Shown: piece by piece, positions 13,310 to 25,482 of the stretch
How positions within the stretch are numbered: position 1 is the stretch's first letter
Layout: every line of letters begins with the position of its first letter
Assembly (NCBI GenBank): GCA_964035545.1
Contig: OZ037771.1
Coordinates: 14,631,133-14,695,132 of the forward strand
Direction: 5' to 3'
DNA length: 64,000 bases
Source of the DNA: Bugula neritina
Taxonomy: Eukaryota > Animalia > Bryozoa
Program-made: the position numbers and the translations under genes
Notes under the pieces: model-generated
What the model was told of the DNA's origin: nothing
The model's input: the letters and a program-made list of their open reading frames with translations, nothing else
The model's database searches: none

Positions 13310-14450
13310 CAGGGTTGGGGTCAATTACATGTAAATGTAATTAATTACAATTACAATTACATGAAGATTTGTCAATTACAATTACAATTATAATTACAGT
13401 TGAAAATAAATGTAATTAATTACAATTACAATTACATGGCAATGTAATTAATTACAATTACAATTACTTTTGTTCTCGCAAGGAATAAATAGAAGTTACT
13501 TCTAGAGTCCAACTACCAGCGGCAATGGTGAACCTCTTTTGTTTTCTACAGTGATATTATTATGCCATTCCATACCAAATCAACCAACTTTCAAGGAGTC
13601 CCACATCTTTGTGTCTCAGATTTTGCTCATATTTACACTAAATGGACCTACACATTTTCAGATTACCATTCGTGAATATTTCTGGCCTGACACAAAAACA
13701 TTTTGAGAAATTACTACTTTGGTGAACAAAGGTTGGAAAATTTGTGATTTATACTTTTAGACCAATTTATATGTAATTTAAAATTTGATTAGGCGAGTAT
13801 TTGAAATTTTTCAAAATTTACAAAGATTTGTTCATATTCAATGATTTTGCATATATGCACACAAAGTATTCTGTAGTATGTGTTGCTACTAGTGCAAATT
13901 GTTGGGTATTATCAAATCACAGCAAATTTTAAGGCTCAGTCTAGAAAATTGATTGAGATATAGACGTTTATAGATTAGTCTAAAAATAGAAATCACAAAT
14001 TTTCCTCAAAATGTTTCTCAACTTTTGTCCACAAAAGTAGTCAGTTCTCAAAAAAAATTTGTGTCAGGTCAGAAATACTGAAGAAGAGTACTTGAGGCAC
14101 GTGTAGGTCTATTTGGTGTAAACATTAACAAAATCTGAGACGCAAATAGACGCGGGCAATTCGGTGAGCTGGCATGGAATGACCCTACTATATTGACCTA
14201 ACTATCTGAACTTGTTATTTAACAGTAGGCATTGTAGAAAAAGGAGTTTTTTAAAGATTTAAAAGTTTGAAGTAATTGACATGTAATTATAAAGTAATTG
14301 TAAAAATCAATTACATTAGATATGTAATTAATTACAATTACAATTACAATTACATTTTTAAACCTCAATTACAAATTACATTCAATTACTTGAAAAAATG
14401 TAATTAATTACAGCCAATTACAATTACAAATTACAATTACCCCAACCCTG
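13310..14450. mobile_element. Non-autonomous hAT-type DNA transposon inserted in the PAN exon
   Basis: 12-bp TIR CAGGGTTGGGGT, perfect 8-bp TSD GTAGGCAC (13302-13309, 14451-14458), subterminal AATTAC arrays at both ends, no transposase ORF. Confidence 0.92.
13562..14185. mobile_element. Older MITE-like element with ~210-bp imperfect inverted repeats nested inside the hAT element
   Basis: ~13562-13771 is the diverged reverse complement of ~13969-14185 (e.g. GTCTCAGATTTTG, GACCTACAC, CCTGACACAAA, GGAAAATTTGTGATTT). Confidence 0.7.
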
Positions 14451-14479
14451 GTAGGCACGGCCATTTAATTTCTGCTTTT

Positions 14480-16843
14480 TTATTTCACAGAACAGCATTT
14501 CATCTGTTGGAGGAACTAATTGTCAAAATAATAATTATAATCTTAATCATCGGTCATAATCATAATTAGTATTCATAATTATATTCATAATCATAATCAA
14601 TAATCATAACGATATTCACTAGTCACAATCACTAGTCATTTTTACTTGTCACAATCACTAGTCATAATCATATTCATAATCATAATCACTATAGTCATAT
14701 TTACTATAGTCATAATCATAATCAAATAGGTTATAGTATAGTTGAAATTGATAAGCAGTTTTCTATGGCCATAATTACATAAACTGCGCAGATAATTATA
14801 AAGGAACAAATCTCATAACCGTCGTATTTTACTGGGTTTCTGCTCATATCATAATGTATTTCAATTTTAGAAGAAAAAAAAATATTTTGAGACTAAAAGG
14901 TTTTTAAACTTTCAATGAGCCAGTCATAACTTTGAACTTCATATATTTTAATAGCTATACATGTTAACTATAGTTGACTTTAACTTAAGTTGTTTGGGTT
15001 GTTCAAACAACAACTCAAAAATTTTCTTTTCAATTTTTAAATGCTTCAGCCATAATTTAAAATTATAGCTTCACACTTGATCACTCAAAATAAATAAAGT
15101 GTTGTATATCCTTCTACTTTGTCACTATTCAAAAAAATTTTCAAAAAGCATTTGACTTTAAAATTTTTGAACAATATTAATCATAAAACAGAATCATCAG
15201 TACCATTGCAAGGAAAGGTTTCTTCACTCCTTCACTCATGACATTATCATCACCCTGGACTTGTAAAGTATCCCAATTTACAATGTTTCCTTTAGCTGTG
15301 CATCCCAATCCTTTAACTTCTTCAGCATCCATTTCCCGGTTCCACATGTTAAACATTGATAGGTTCCCTTTTAGCATCTGATTTAAGTCCAAAGCTCCTA
15401 CTGTAACAACAAACCACCACTATCATATCATGTAACGTTCTAACACCTTATAACAAAAGCTATGAGTCATAAGAATGAGTTATTAGGTGCTAAAGACAGA
15501 GTGGCAAAGAACTTACAGTAACTATCCTGGTCATGAAAAAGTATTAGCCCTCCACCACTACGTATAGATTGAAACCAAGATGCTACATCTGTGTAGTACA
15601 ACTCTAGACGCCCTGGACTGTTTAGGTCAGTATACCACTAGAATTTACAGTTTTCAAGTCAAAAAAACAAAATTAACATTAGTTCTAGAAAGAAAAAGAT
15701 CGTGAATAAACTAAACATGAGTATATGGTGTTTTTGTCAGTTTGAATCAAGTCAAAGCACAAGCAGTCCAATACATACCGACATACTTCCACCCTGCTTT
15801 ATGGTAATGCAATGCCAGTTCCAGCCACTAAACAGACCCTCAAAATAACTGTTAGAATGTACAAAGAAAAATATTCTCGTTGAAGGGAAATAAACAGATA
15901 TCCTAAAATTACTGCTGCTCTTGGAAAGTGAAACTACAAACTCGTTTGGATCACCTAAAACATGACAAAAAAAAACAAATTTTTATTTTGACCGCAAAGA
16001 TTTTATTATAGAAGAACTGAGAATTTTTTTAAAATTATTGTTGAATTTTCCAGTTTGTTTCAGTCACACTTTCTAGACAATTTTTCTCATTCAATGAGCA
16101 TCAGTGAGCTATAGGAAGTAGAGAATTTGCTTAATAATCCCCAAGTCATGGGTTTGATCTTCAGTAAAAAACATTGAAGATGTTAGGAAGAGTATCTAGT
16201 CATAATCATTTGTTTGTGCCACATATGAATAAGCCTTTTTTATCAGGTTTTTCAAAGGAGTAGTGACTATAAACTTGTGTGAATTGTTTTAGATTTAATC
16301 TTTCATCAGGTAAAGACAACAGATAAGTTGCATACTCTTATGAGTAATGGGAAAAATTAACTATAGATATAAGCTCAACCATGCATAAAGGTAGGCCTAC
16401 TATAGCATCTCATTCAAAAAGTGACATGAATCCCATTCATTTGCTGCAGCTTTTTCAACTGTTGCTAAATAATGTGCATATTATACTTGGATAGTTGAAC
16501 ATACTTTGCGTAGATATACCCAGCAGGTAAGTCTGCCTGCCAACTTCAAATTCTCCAGCCAACCAGAAACTGATGGTAAATTCAGACATGGCAGGAAGAT
16601 CAGTTTGATAAAGATACGTGTCTGTACTCCATGGCTGAGTGAAAACTTGTTTACTGACATAAGTTGAACCTAACATGTATTACATAATGCATAACAAAAA
16701 GGCTATAATAAACAACAAATATAATTTACAAGAAGCGTAATATTCTAGTAAGTAACTTCTGGTATGAAACTCTTACCAAAAGCGCAGTTGAAGATCAATA
16801 CAAAAATTATAAGCCAGCTTGAAGAAACAAAGCAATGCCACAT
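14480..16843 (-). CDS. Secreted pentraxin/LamG-like domain protein (~253 aa as currently encoded). Exons 16843-16777, 16669-16505, 15954-15779, 15637-15517, 15400-15204, 14515-14480
   Basis: Signal peptide MWHCFVSSSWLIIFVLIFNCAFG; pentraxin-like motifs MSEFTISFWL, WNWHCITI, IRSGGGLILFHDQDS, LKGNLSMFNMWNREM, GNIVNW; GT-AG junctions in frame. An 8-bp duplication at 15222-15237 shifts the end of exon 5 so that exon 6 stops at 14480. May be a pseudogene. Confidence 0.7.
14530..14725. repeat. Degenerate (CATAAT)/(CACTAGT) low-complexity repeat in a pentraxin intron
   Basis: Visible repeated hexamer/heptamer units. Confidence 0.7.
16100..16290 (+). mobile_element. Degenerate tRNA-derived SINE in pentraxin intron 2
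   Basis: Aligns with the 29213 and 58710 copies (AAGTCATGGGTTTGATC, GATGTTAGGAAGAGTATCTAGTCATAA, TGTGCCACATATG, GACTATAAACTTGTGTGA). 5' boundary approximate. Confidence 0.7.
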
Positions 16844-18080
16844 TTTAGCAGTAATAGTTGCAATAGCAAAAGCTTATTTTACCACAGGGTTGTTTCTGTT
16901 ACTACTTATTCTTTGGAGCAACTCTCCTTAAATAGTTATTTTGTTTAACTGATCAATATCACTTTTTTAGTTCAGGTAAAAGCTAATTACGCATGTTTGC
17001 TTCAAACTTTTAGTATTTATGTTTATATATATATATAACTTTATAGTTTTTTATTATATAGCTGGATTTTAGTATATGCATTAAATGCATATTATTGATT
17101 TTGGCTCAAAGACTTTTGTTCATTAAAGGTTTTAAAGTTCTAGTTTAAGTGGTTTTTGTTTGAAATAACTCATTAATATTTTATTAATAAACTATGTTAT
17201 AAAACTATTTATTCAAAATTATTTACTTTTGTTATTGTTAAACTTGCTAAATACAACTAAACTTATTGCAAACGATTAAACACAAAAAGCACAAAGAATC
17301 AATAATTAAAAATTATTCCTAATATAGGTAACAAATTACCAAATTTAAAAGAGCATGCTTGTGCATAAGAAATACAAATTTGATTTGCAGCATTAGAAAA
17401 AAACAGCATTGAAAATTGCAGTATTTCAATGTTATTATATTATTTTAAGTGTAACTTATTTCTATAGTAATACAAAGAATTCTATTTAAACCTAATTTTC
17501 TTACGACTGTAAGGTTAACCTACCAGGCTAAGCTCCAGCTCCAAAGAGTTTTGTGTTGGCTTTCGTTTTGTTAACACTTGTCAGTAGCTTTAGTAGCCTA
17601 CCTGCTAGCTCGTAGCTTGTCAACATCGGATCATCTTACAAAGATGTCTGAATTTACAATAAGATAATTACAAGCAGAATTACTTGCTGGGTATATTTAC
17701 ACAAAGTATGTTGAAACGCCCATGTACACCTTCAAAATATTCAATATAACATCCTACACAGGATCACATAAATTATACAATATTTAGCAACAGTTGAAAA
17801 GTCACAGAAAAGCTACAACAAGTGCATGAATGAAAAATCATGTTACTTTCTAGACGAGCTGCAATAGATATAGTTCGGTTCAACTCTTCTAATTTTGACC
17901 CAATAACACTCATATTATTACGTCATTTTATTTGTTGTCTTTACACGATGAGAGATGCTATCTACTAAGGTGTGACTGAAACAAACTAAAAACTTCAAAA
18001 AATTTTCAGTTCTTTTCTAATAAAACAATTATATATAGTTCAATGATACATCTGAATATGCAAGGAAAATTTCTGTCACT

Positions 18081-18570
18081 TCAAGACATCGGAACGAGTT
18101 GGTTTCAATCTATAGAAGCAGCCTACTTTTTTAAATCAATGCATTTGTTTCTTCCCACTCAAGAATCCTCTTTGTATATTCTTACAGTAACTTTGAGGAT
18201 TTGTTCAGCTGCAGATGTAGGACCTTGGTTTCAATTCCTAAGGAGTCGGGGGAGAGCTAATTTCCTTTCATAGCCAGAATAATTACTGTAAGTTCTTTGT
18301 CACCCAGCCTTTAGTATACTTGATGACTTACTATAATGACTCATACCCTCTGTTATAAGGTGATAGAAAGCTACATGATATGATATTGGTGGTTTGTTGT
18401 TACAGTAGGAGCTTTGGACTTAAATCAAATGCTAAAAGGGAGCCTATCAATGTTCAACATGTGGGACAAAGAAATGGATGCTGACAAAATCAGAAGATTA
18501 GGATGCAGAGCTAAAGAAAACATCGTAAACTGGGATACTTTAAAAATACATGTGGTTGATGGTGGTGTCA
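18081..18570 (+). pseudogene. Inverted, internally deleted pentraxin paralog (pieces of exons 3 and 4, intron 4, exon 5)
   Basis: 18406 onward reads (L)GALDLNQMLKGSLSMFNMWDKEMDADKIRRLGCRAKENIVNWDTLK, paralogous to exon 5 at 15400-15204 but on the opposite strand; upstream exon 3/4 pieces are fused and frameshifted. Confidence 0.85.
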
Positions 18571-20600
18571 CATTTTAATAGCAATTGCAATAGTGAAATG
18601 TTATTTATTATAGTACCACTTATTCTTGCAAGCAGCTTGTCTTAAATGGTTATACTTTGTTCAACTAATCAGTATCACCTTTTTGATTAGGATTGAGCAT
18701 TTAAGTATTTTGTACTTCAAAATGTTTGCACTTATGCTTATATAAAATTTAGCTTGTTACTATAATAGTTTGATTTTAATCTACATTATACATGTTTGCA
18801 TGAAATTGATTTTTGTTCAAAGTTCTTTATTCATTAAAGTTATTCAAAGTTTTTATACTAAGTGGTTTTTTTGTTTAAAGCAACTCATCAATATTTTATT
18901 AACAAATTATGTTATAAAACCATTAATTTAAAATTATTTACTTTTTTATTGGTAAATCTGCTAAACACAATTAAAAAGACATGCAAAGACACAAACACAA
19001 ATACCACAATTGATTAATAACAGTATATATAACTAAACAACTTTTAAAAGAGTATAGTTCGTTAAGGAATACAAATTTTAAATTGCAGCATTAGAAATAA
19101 TTTACTATAGAAATTGCAGTATTTCAAGGTTATCATATTACTAATGTAGCTTGTTCCTATAATTTTACAAAGCACTATACTTAAACAAACAAGGTTATTG
19201 ACTTTTATTCTGAGAATTTATATTTTTGTCAAACCATTTATTCAATTATAGTAATTCAGGTTGCCTTGGATAGTGCAATTGTGTTTCTAACTACTGTAAC
19301 AGAGAAATAACTATAAACTAAAACTCAAAGCTTTTTCTGGAAAACAGGTGTTTTAAGTATTACTTCAGAGGTGACGTAATTGACGCAATAAGATTAGTGA
19401 TAGTTTGATTTTACTTTGGGTCTCTTTTGAAATTATAGTGTTATAATAATTGTGCAAGACAATTTTAGAAATATCATCAGTTCAAATAGCACATGTTATG
19501 ATTATTGACATAAGTATTTTGCTATTGACTATTGTGTATGTAGACTACAAAAAACTCAAAAAGTTATTGTTAGTTTAAAAGTTGACATAAGAAGTCACAA
19601 TAACAGTTTTATTTTGAAATATTGAAAGTTGTGGCTGCTCCTGCTTTATATTTAGTCGGAAAGTTCTAGATTAAGTGCACCTTGCAGTGACTGTCAACAC
19701 TTTGACATTTCCATGATCACATATGTAACACCTCTTATGATTGGTTATGCAACAAACTCCTGGCCTATAAGATGTTGTCTTATATACTTATAGTAATAGT
19801 AACAGTTTCAAACTTAACTGTAAACAATAGTAATAGTTTCAGACTTAACTATAGTCATCTGATAACTTAGTGGTTATGCAAAAGAAATTATAAGACTCTA
19901 AATACTTGCTCACTGTCTAGGGTAGACACTTTTAAGCATATTTGATTATGCCAAATGTTAATATAATATTATGTTATATGGGAGGATTTATACCCTGGAA
20001 TTTTGCTATTAACTGTCAACTTATTATGCAATAACATTGCTTAACATTTAAGGGTCAAAGATTAGCTACACTAAGTAAATTGAAACTAACACATGCATGT
20101 TTAACATAAACTAGTGAACCAGTATTTGTCTGGTAAAACTTAAATAAAACTGTAACAGTATTCTGAAAATAATTAAAAGTATAGACTTGCTGATTAAAGT
20201 TTCCTTATTTAGCAATATTCTATGCCGTTGCACAATCATGATTCAATGTACAGTAAATTCTGCAACACATTATAAGAAAAGTAAAATTAATGTAAAGCTC
20301 AAGCTTGAGTAAAAAATAAAATATATAGTCTAGTGTTTTCATTTTTCCCAATTTACTGATGTGGTTTATAGTTATACCAATCGTAGAAATAAATTGAGGA
20401 TTCATTTCACTTGTAGCCTGGAAATTATCTGTTATCTATATTCAGCAGTTACTGACTAGCGGTTAAAGCTTAGTAAACATGCACAAAGTTAGTGGTTTTG
20501 GTAAAGGTCATTGCAGATGTTAACAAGGGCATATTCAGTCTAATAACTGCCTTTTTGGCGCAATAGAAAACAATTCCTTGTAGCTGGTTAAAATATCCCA

Positions 20601-20885
20601 TTCTTCAAAGTGTTGCAGCATGAAGCATTCTTCCCTAACCTAATTAACACTCTTAACTCCATGAAATCTCTCCGTAATACCAATATTGGGGACAGTAACT
20701 CTTTTAATTCAATATCCTTTAATACTAATAATTTCCTGCATAGCTTCCTCATTAGAACAGCCCGTGAACTACGCACGGGAGAAACACTAGCAGACTAATA
20801 AAAAAAGACCTGAACATCCGATAGTTCCACCTTTCCCCTATTTGGGGTCTTGGAACTAAATCAAGACAAGACAAGACAAGACAAG
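20601..20885 (+). mobile_element. 5'-truncated LINE 3' end (CR1/L2-group-like)
   Basis: Absent at the paralogous site (~32198); ORF end NTNNFLHSFLIRTAREL resembles the C-terminal F-x2-SF-x2-RT motif of CR1/L2-group ORF2; short stem-loop CCCC-TATTT-GGGG and an (ACAAG)n tail. Confidence 0.6.
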
Positions 20886-20896
20886 TTCCTCATATA

Positions 20897-21184
<288 letters not shown>

Positions 21185-21341
21185 GTGAAATACTGAGCTA
21201 GAACGTATTACTAATGAGATAGCAGTCATCGCACAATAGAAAGTTGAACTCAACCTTGACCTCATCAGAGAAGAAATATTTGATGTCAAAGTTTTGTATT
21301 TCAAGATTAAAATATGTCGTTCAGGGCCAGCGTTCAACAGC

Positions 21342-21370
21342 TGACCTTGGGTGACCTCTTTCATATATAA
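21342..21370 (+). promoter_or_regulatory. DR4 nuclear-receptor-type element plus TATA box of NHL paralog 3
   Basis: TGACCT-TGGG-TGACCT (21342-21357) followed by TATATAA (21364-21370), ~60 nt before the ATG; identical in paralog 4. Confidence 0.55.
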
Positions 21371-21428
21371 GCTTAGCGCCCTGCTGCTTCAATCATTCAA
21401 GGAGGTGCTGACTTAGAGAGAAGGCATC

Positions 21429-22885
21429 ATGGAGACATATTTTCTTTTGCTGGTAAGAATTCCTAATATATTCTAGCTGTTATTGCAGGCTGTCACCAAA
21501 CAGTGGCTTTCTTGTTTATTCAGTCTTCAAGTTATACTCCATAGCAGCAACATGTGGAAGTATGAATACGCTCATAAAATATTGATTAAAGTTCAAAACT
21601 CGTTCATTCTCAAACTCTTCATATTCTAAATTACCTGTAATTTAATGTATATGATTAGGTAACATGCAAAAAGTCATTAGGAATAATATGCTTTTTGATA
21701 AAATAAATGTTGCACTCTGCAAAATCTGATGCAGAATAATTATATTATATGTTGCTACAGTGTAGCTATATACTGCTATACAATCAATTCCAATGGTGAA
21801 TTTTTACGCATACAATACCATCTGTAGGGTCATATTATACCTTATTCAGATATAATCTCAATAATTTATCAAGTTTTCCTATTTCACTGTATGTTGCCTT
21901 GCATTATTGAATATATAAAATAATATTGAATAATAATAATATTATAATTTAAGTATAATATAACAGTTATTAATTAAATTAATGTTTCCAGTGGAATAAG
22001 CAATGCTGTTATAGCTTGGAAATTTATGACCCATATTTATAATTATTAAAAGGAAAACAATTTTAAAAGATTATTGTAGTGGAATTTATGCAAGTTTCTA
22101 TACCCTTGCTGATAGCTACATTGAGAAATTTTGCATACCAGTTGCTTACAGCACAGCCTGTGCAAGCTTAAAACTTCAGGCACTTGGCAATAGTTGGTGC
22201 TACTTGTTAGAGAGCAACTAATTTAGTTGGTAATAGATTTTATTTTCTTTAATTTTGTGAAATATGATTATGTTTATATTATCTATTTTAAAGTTTATGT
22301 TAAGATTATGTGAGGTTTTGAGTTTGCACAGACTGGGCTGTAAGCAGCTTGTATGCAAAAGCTCTTAATATAGCTAAGCAGAGCTATAGAAACTTGCATA
22401 AATTTTGCTACAATTGCATTGCGTGAATAAAAAGTGGAAATTTATGCGAAAAATTAATATGATGTTTGCTTGTAGTATATTACTTACAGCATTGAGGTTT
22501 TATGTGATTTAACATATGCATGTGCCTAAAGTTAGATTTGTAGCAATAACAAATGTGGTTTTTTTGATACAAAGTTTTAGGTCAATTTTCTGTTTTTAGA
22601 GTTTACTATCTGCCATTGCATGGACAGGTCAAACGCAAACAAGTGTATCCAGGTGAGAAAATTACTAAAAATGTTGCTGACAGATATGTTGAACACAAGG
22701 CTATCATTTTAATGCATATTATTATTGGTTAAACCTATACAATGACAAGTTTCATGTAGTTTATATAATCTCTATGAAGGCAAATCATATCACTGCCAAC
22801 AGCAATAGTAAATCCGGTTCTTTCATTTATTCTATTACTAAGCACTTTTAATTATTAAAGAGTATTTTACAGTAAAAATTTTAGC

Positions 22886-22934
<49 letters not shown>

Positions 22935-25482
22935 AGCTATTAGAATTGCTAAGAAGTTGTCTTATCAAATTTTAGCACATCATACCAGACGTCTGAATTG
23001 TTTCTTTCAACATCCTTCAACGTCTACCAGATAAGCAGAGACTTGAGAAAAGATGATGGAAGCGTACTGTTTACTACCTACGGCGCTCTTCAATCGAGTG
23101 ACGGTCAAACTGTCACCCCTCTCGCATCTATTTCTTATGCTTCGCTCACAGGCTTCAAACAGATAGACCAAGATCGTGTTGTCATTGTGGTGAACAACAA
23201 GCACTGTTTGAAGCTTTTCAACAGAGCCATAAATTCCCTATCCACCCTGGCTGGAACTTGCGGATACAGCGGATACAGAGAAGGAGCTCCTGGTTGGAGC
23301 CTCATGAAATACCCTGAAAGCGTCGAAATTGATATGAGGAACCCGGGTCGTGTGCTAGTCACTGACAGCTCAAACCAAGCAATAAGATCCGTGGATCTGG
23401 AAACTGGAGTTCTCAGAACGATCATCGGGTCTGGTTTTGACTACCCTCGTGGTATGATGTGGTTTGGGGACACGCTGCTTGTAACCAACCTTCACTACAT
23501 CTCCCAAGTCACCTGGCCCAGCAGTGAAGATGATCCAACCAATGAACAGATCATCGGCTCATCTTCCCAGCACGGAATCGCTGATGGTAGCTTCAGTACC
23601 GCACGATTTGAGTCTCCTAGCGTGATCTCTAAACTGACTGAGGATCTATATCTGGTGACCGACTACGAGTTCAAGGGCCTCAAGCTATTAGACTTTAAAA
23701 ATGAATACGTTGGTCCAGTTTGCTTTCAGGGAGAAAGTCCTTGTGAAGCCAGCAGTGAATTGCCAAGTGAATTGAGGTCTGTACACGTTGACGGTGACGA
23801 TGTTTACATTGGAGCCAGCCAGGATATCTACAAGCTCAGTGGTCAGTTAATACCTTTATTCAGTTTTTTGTGAGCATATACCAAGTTTTTTGTTTATTAC
23901 CATTAGTTTTCATTAAAAAGTTGTATTGACTTTACATAAGCATTACTATTGAATAGATTTATGGATAAAGTTTAAAGCATGCACCACTTTTTTCTTATTA
24001 CTTATGAGTGAAGTTATATTGAGTAGATTTGCATATGTTTAAAACTTTATCTTATGCTATAGAATTATTGATTCAAACTTGCAGGGCCTATGCTACCATT
24101 AGTGAAAACTGACTCATGCTCATATGACAACATCACTGCCTACTTGGAACCATGCCAACCTACAGTAAAGGTTCAGTTACATGGTGGAGACATGGTAGAG
24201 CTACCTTTGGGAAACTATCAGTTCACTAGAAGAGATAACTCCACCAACTGCACCTACCATGTCGCCATTGCTAGTAAGTGATGAGTCATTAGCATCAAAA
24301 TGAAGTACAACATGGCTGCCTTTATTAAACCTAGTGTACCATATAATTATAGTTCTGCTTGGACCTATCTATACATTCTTATGTTATATTTTGTAATCAT
24401 GATTTTTCAAGTAATTTTTCACTTTCAGTGTAGTGAATTTGATCATAATAATTGAAAGCTGAAACAACTTGTCATCTGCTTACAGGAAGTCCCGTTTCAA
24501 AGAGACTGGTGTTCAGATCCAAGTATGACATCACCTGTGCCTCCCTCAACACCGGCTATGATACCACCTTCCTTGACTCTGTTCTGGCTCAGAGAAGAGA
24601 CGAACTGCAAGACATCTGCCTTCAAGGTTAGCAACTTGTGTGGCATTGATTTGTCGTATAAATTACCTTTAAACTTTTTATGAATGAAATTATTTTTACG
24701 CGATTCATTAAGTTGTGCTTGTCTTTTCTCTTGATTGTGGTTACTTTCGAGTTTTTGTAAGCACCTGCCTACTTTATTTTGTCTTAAATTTGCTTTAAAA
24801 ATATCGCAAGAAAGATTCTGCTTGTAGTTAATAGCTTCCAAAAATTTGACTTTATTTTAGTTATGGAAGTTTTCAAAAATTCTTAAATTATATAATATGT
24901 AGTGAATAAATATTTCACTTCCAACACTGCAACGGCTATACTCTCACTCATATCATGTTTATTAATACTATTACTTCCTGTGTTTAGATTGTACCATGTC
25001 ATCTACATTGCAACCCTGGTATGAATGTGAAAGAAATGTACTCACTGCTCATTGGCCAACCGACACTCTACTGCCTGCATCTTCTCAAACACTTCCTGTA
25101 CAACTGAGCGATGAATTGGAAAGGAGGCTGAGTGAATCGGCAGCAATGCAGCTATCTTACATTGGCATCATTGGTCACAACCCACCGTATGTATGACTGC
25201 TTTGTTTTATTGAGACTACTTTTATAACTACTGCTTTAAATAGTTGATGCATTAACTTGAAGTTTTGAGTTTTTCCACGTATAAGTCTAAATGTTCATTT
25301 TACAAAACAAATCAACAATAGAGTTTCAATTATGTATAATTATTTAGATTCATATTTTTTATTTTATATACAGGTTAATAGCTGCTAGAGAAAGTGACAG
25401 AAAGGGAGTCGAGATAACTCTAGTCTCCAGCTGTACTGTTGGATCTAAGGAATTTGATGCAAGCCAACGTGTTTGTGTTTAG
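21429..25482 (+). CDS. Secreted NHL-repeat-like beta-propeller protein, paralog 3 (~526 aa). Exons 21429-21452, 22600-22652, 22976-23841, 24085-24273, 24486-24626, 24988-25186, 25374-25482
   Basis: GT-AG junctions, 1581-nt open frame, signal-like METYFLLLSLLSAIAWTGQTQ, NHL motifs LAGTCGYSGYREG, DMRNPGRVLVTDSSNQAIRSVDL, GIADGSFSTARFESP; conserved exon sizes and phases. Confidence 0.88.
22073..22414. mobile_element. MITE-like element with ~100-bp imperfect inverted repeats in intron 1 of paralog 3
   Basis: ATTGTAGTGGAATTTATGCAAGTTTCTATA... versus ...TATAGAAACTTGCATAAATTTTGCTACAAT; the paralogous copy at ~32964-33190 retains only the left arm. Confidence 0.7.
22888..22931. repeat. (TA)n microsatellite, absent from paralog 4
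   Basis: Directly visible. Confidence 0.95.

Larger units (their letters stand above)
13104..14515 (-). pseudogene. Disrupted PAN/apple-domain terminal exon of the pentraxin gene
   Basis: Removing the 13310-14450 insert and one TSD copy restores VPPTDEMLFCEIKKQKLNGRAYTTMNTHSAFRCLQKCLSSQPCYSVNYQKSTGVCELLN..., a C-x3-C-x5-C-x-S-x-N-Y-x6-C-x-L PAN pattern. Confidence 0.8.

Noticed and set aside
13302-14458. hAT insertion acting as a self-removing intron (introner)
   Set aside because: The TSD offers a GT, but the element ends in ...CCCTG on the gene strand with no AG that restores the frame, and the upstream frameshift already stops translation.
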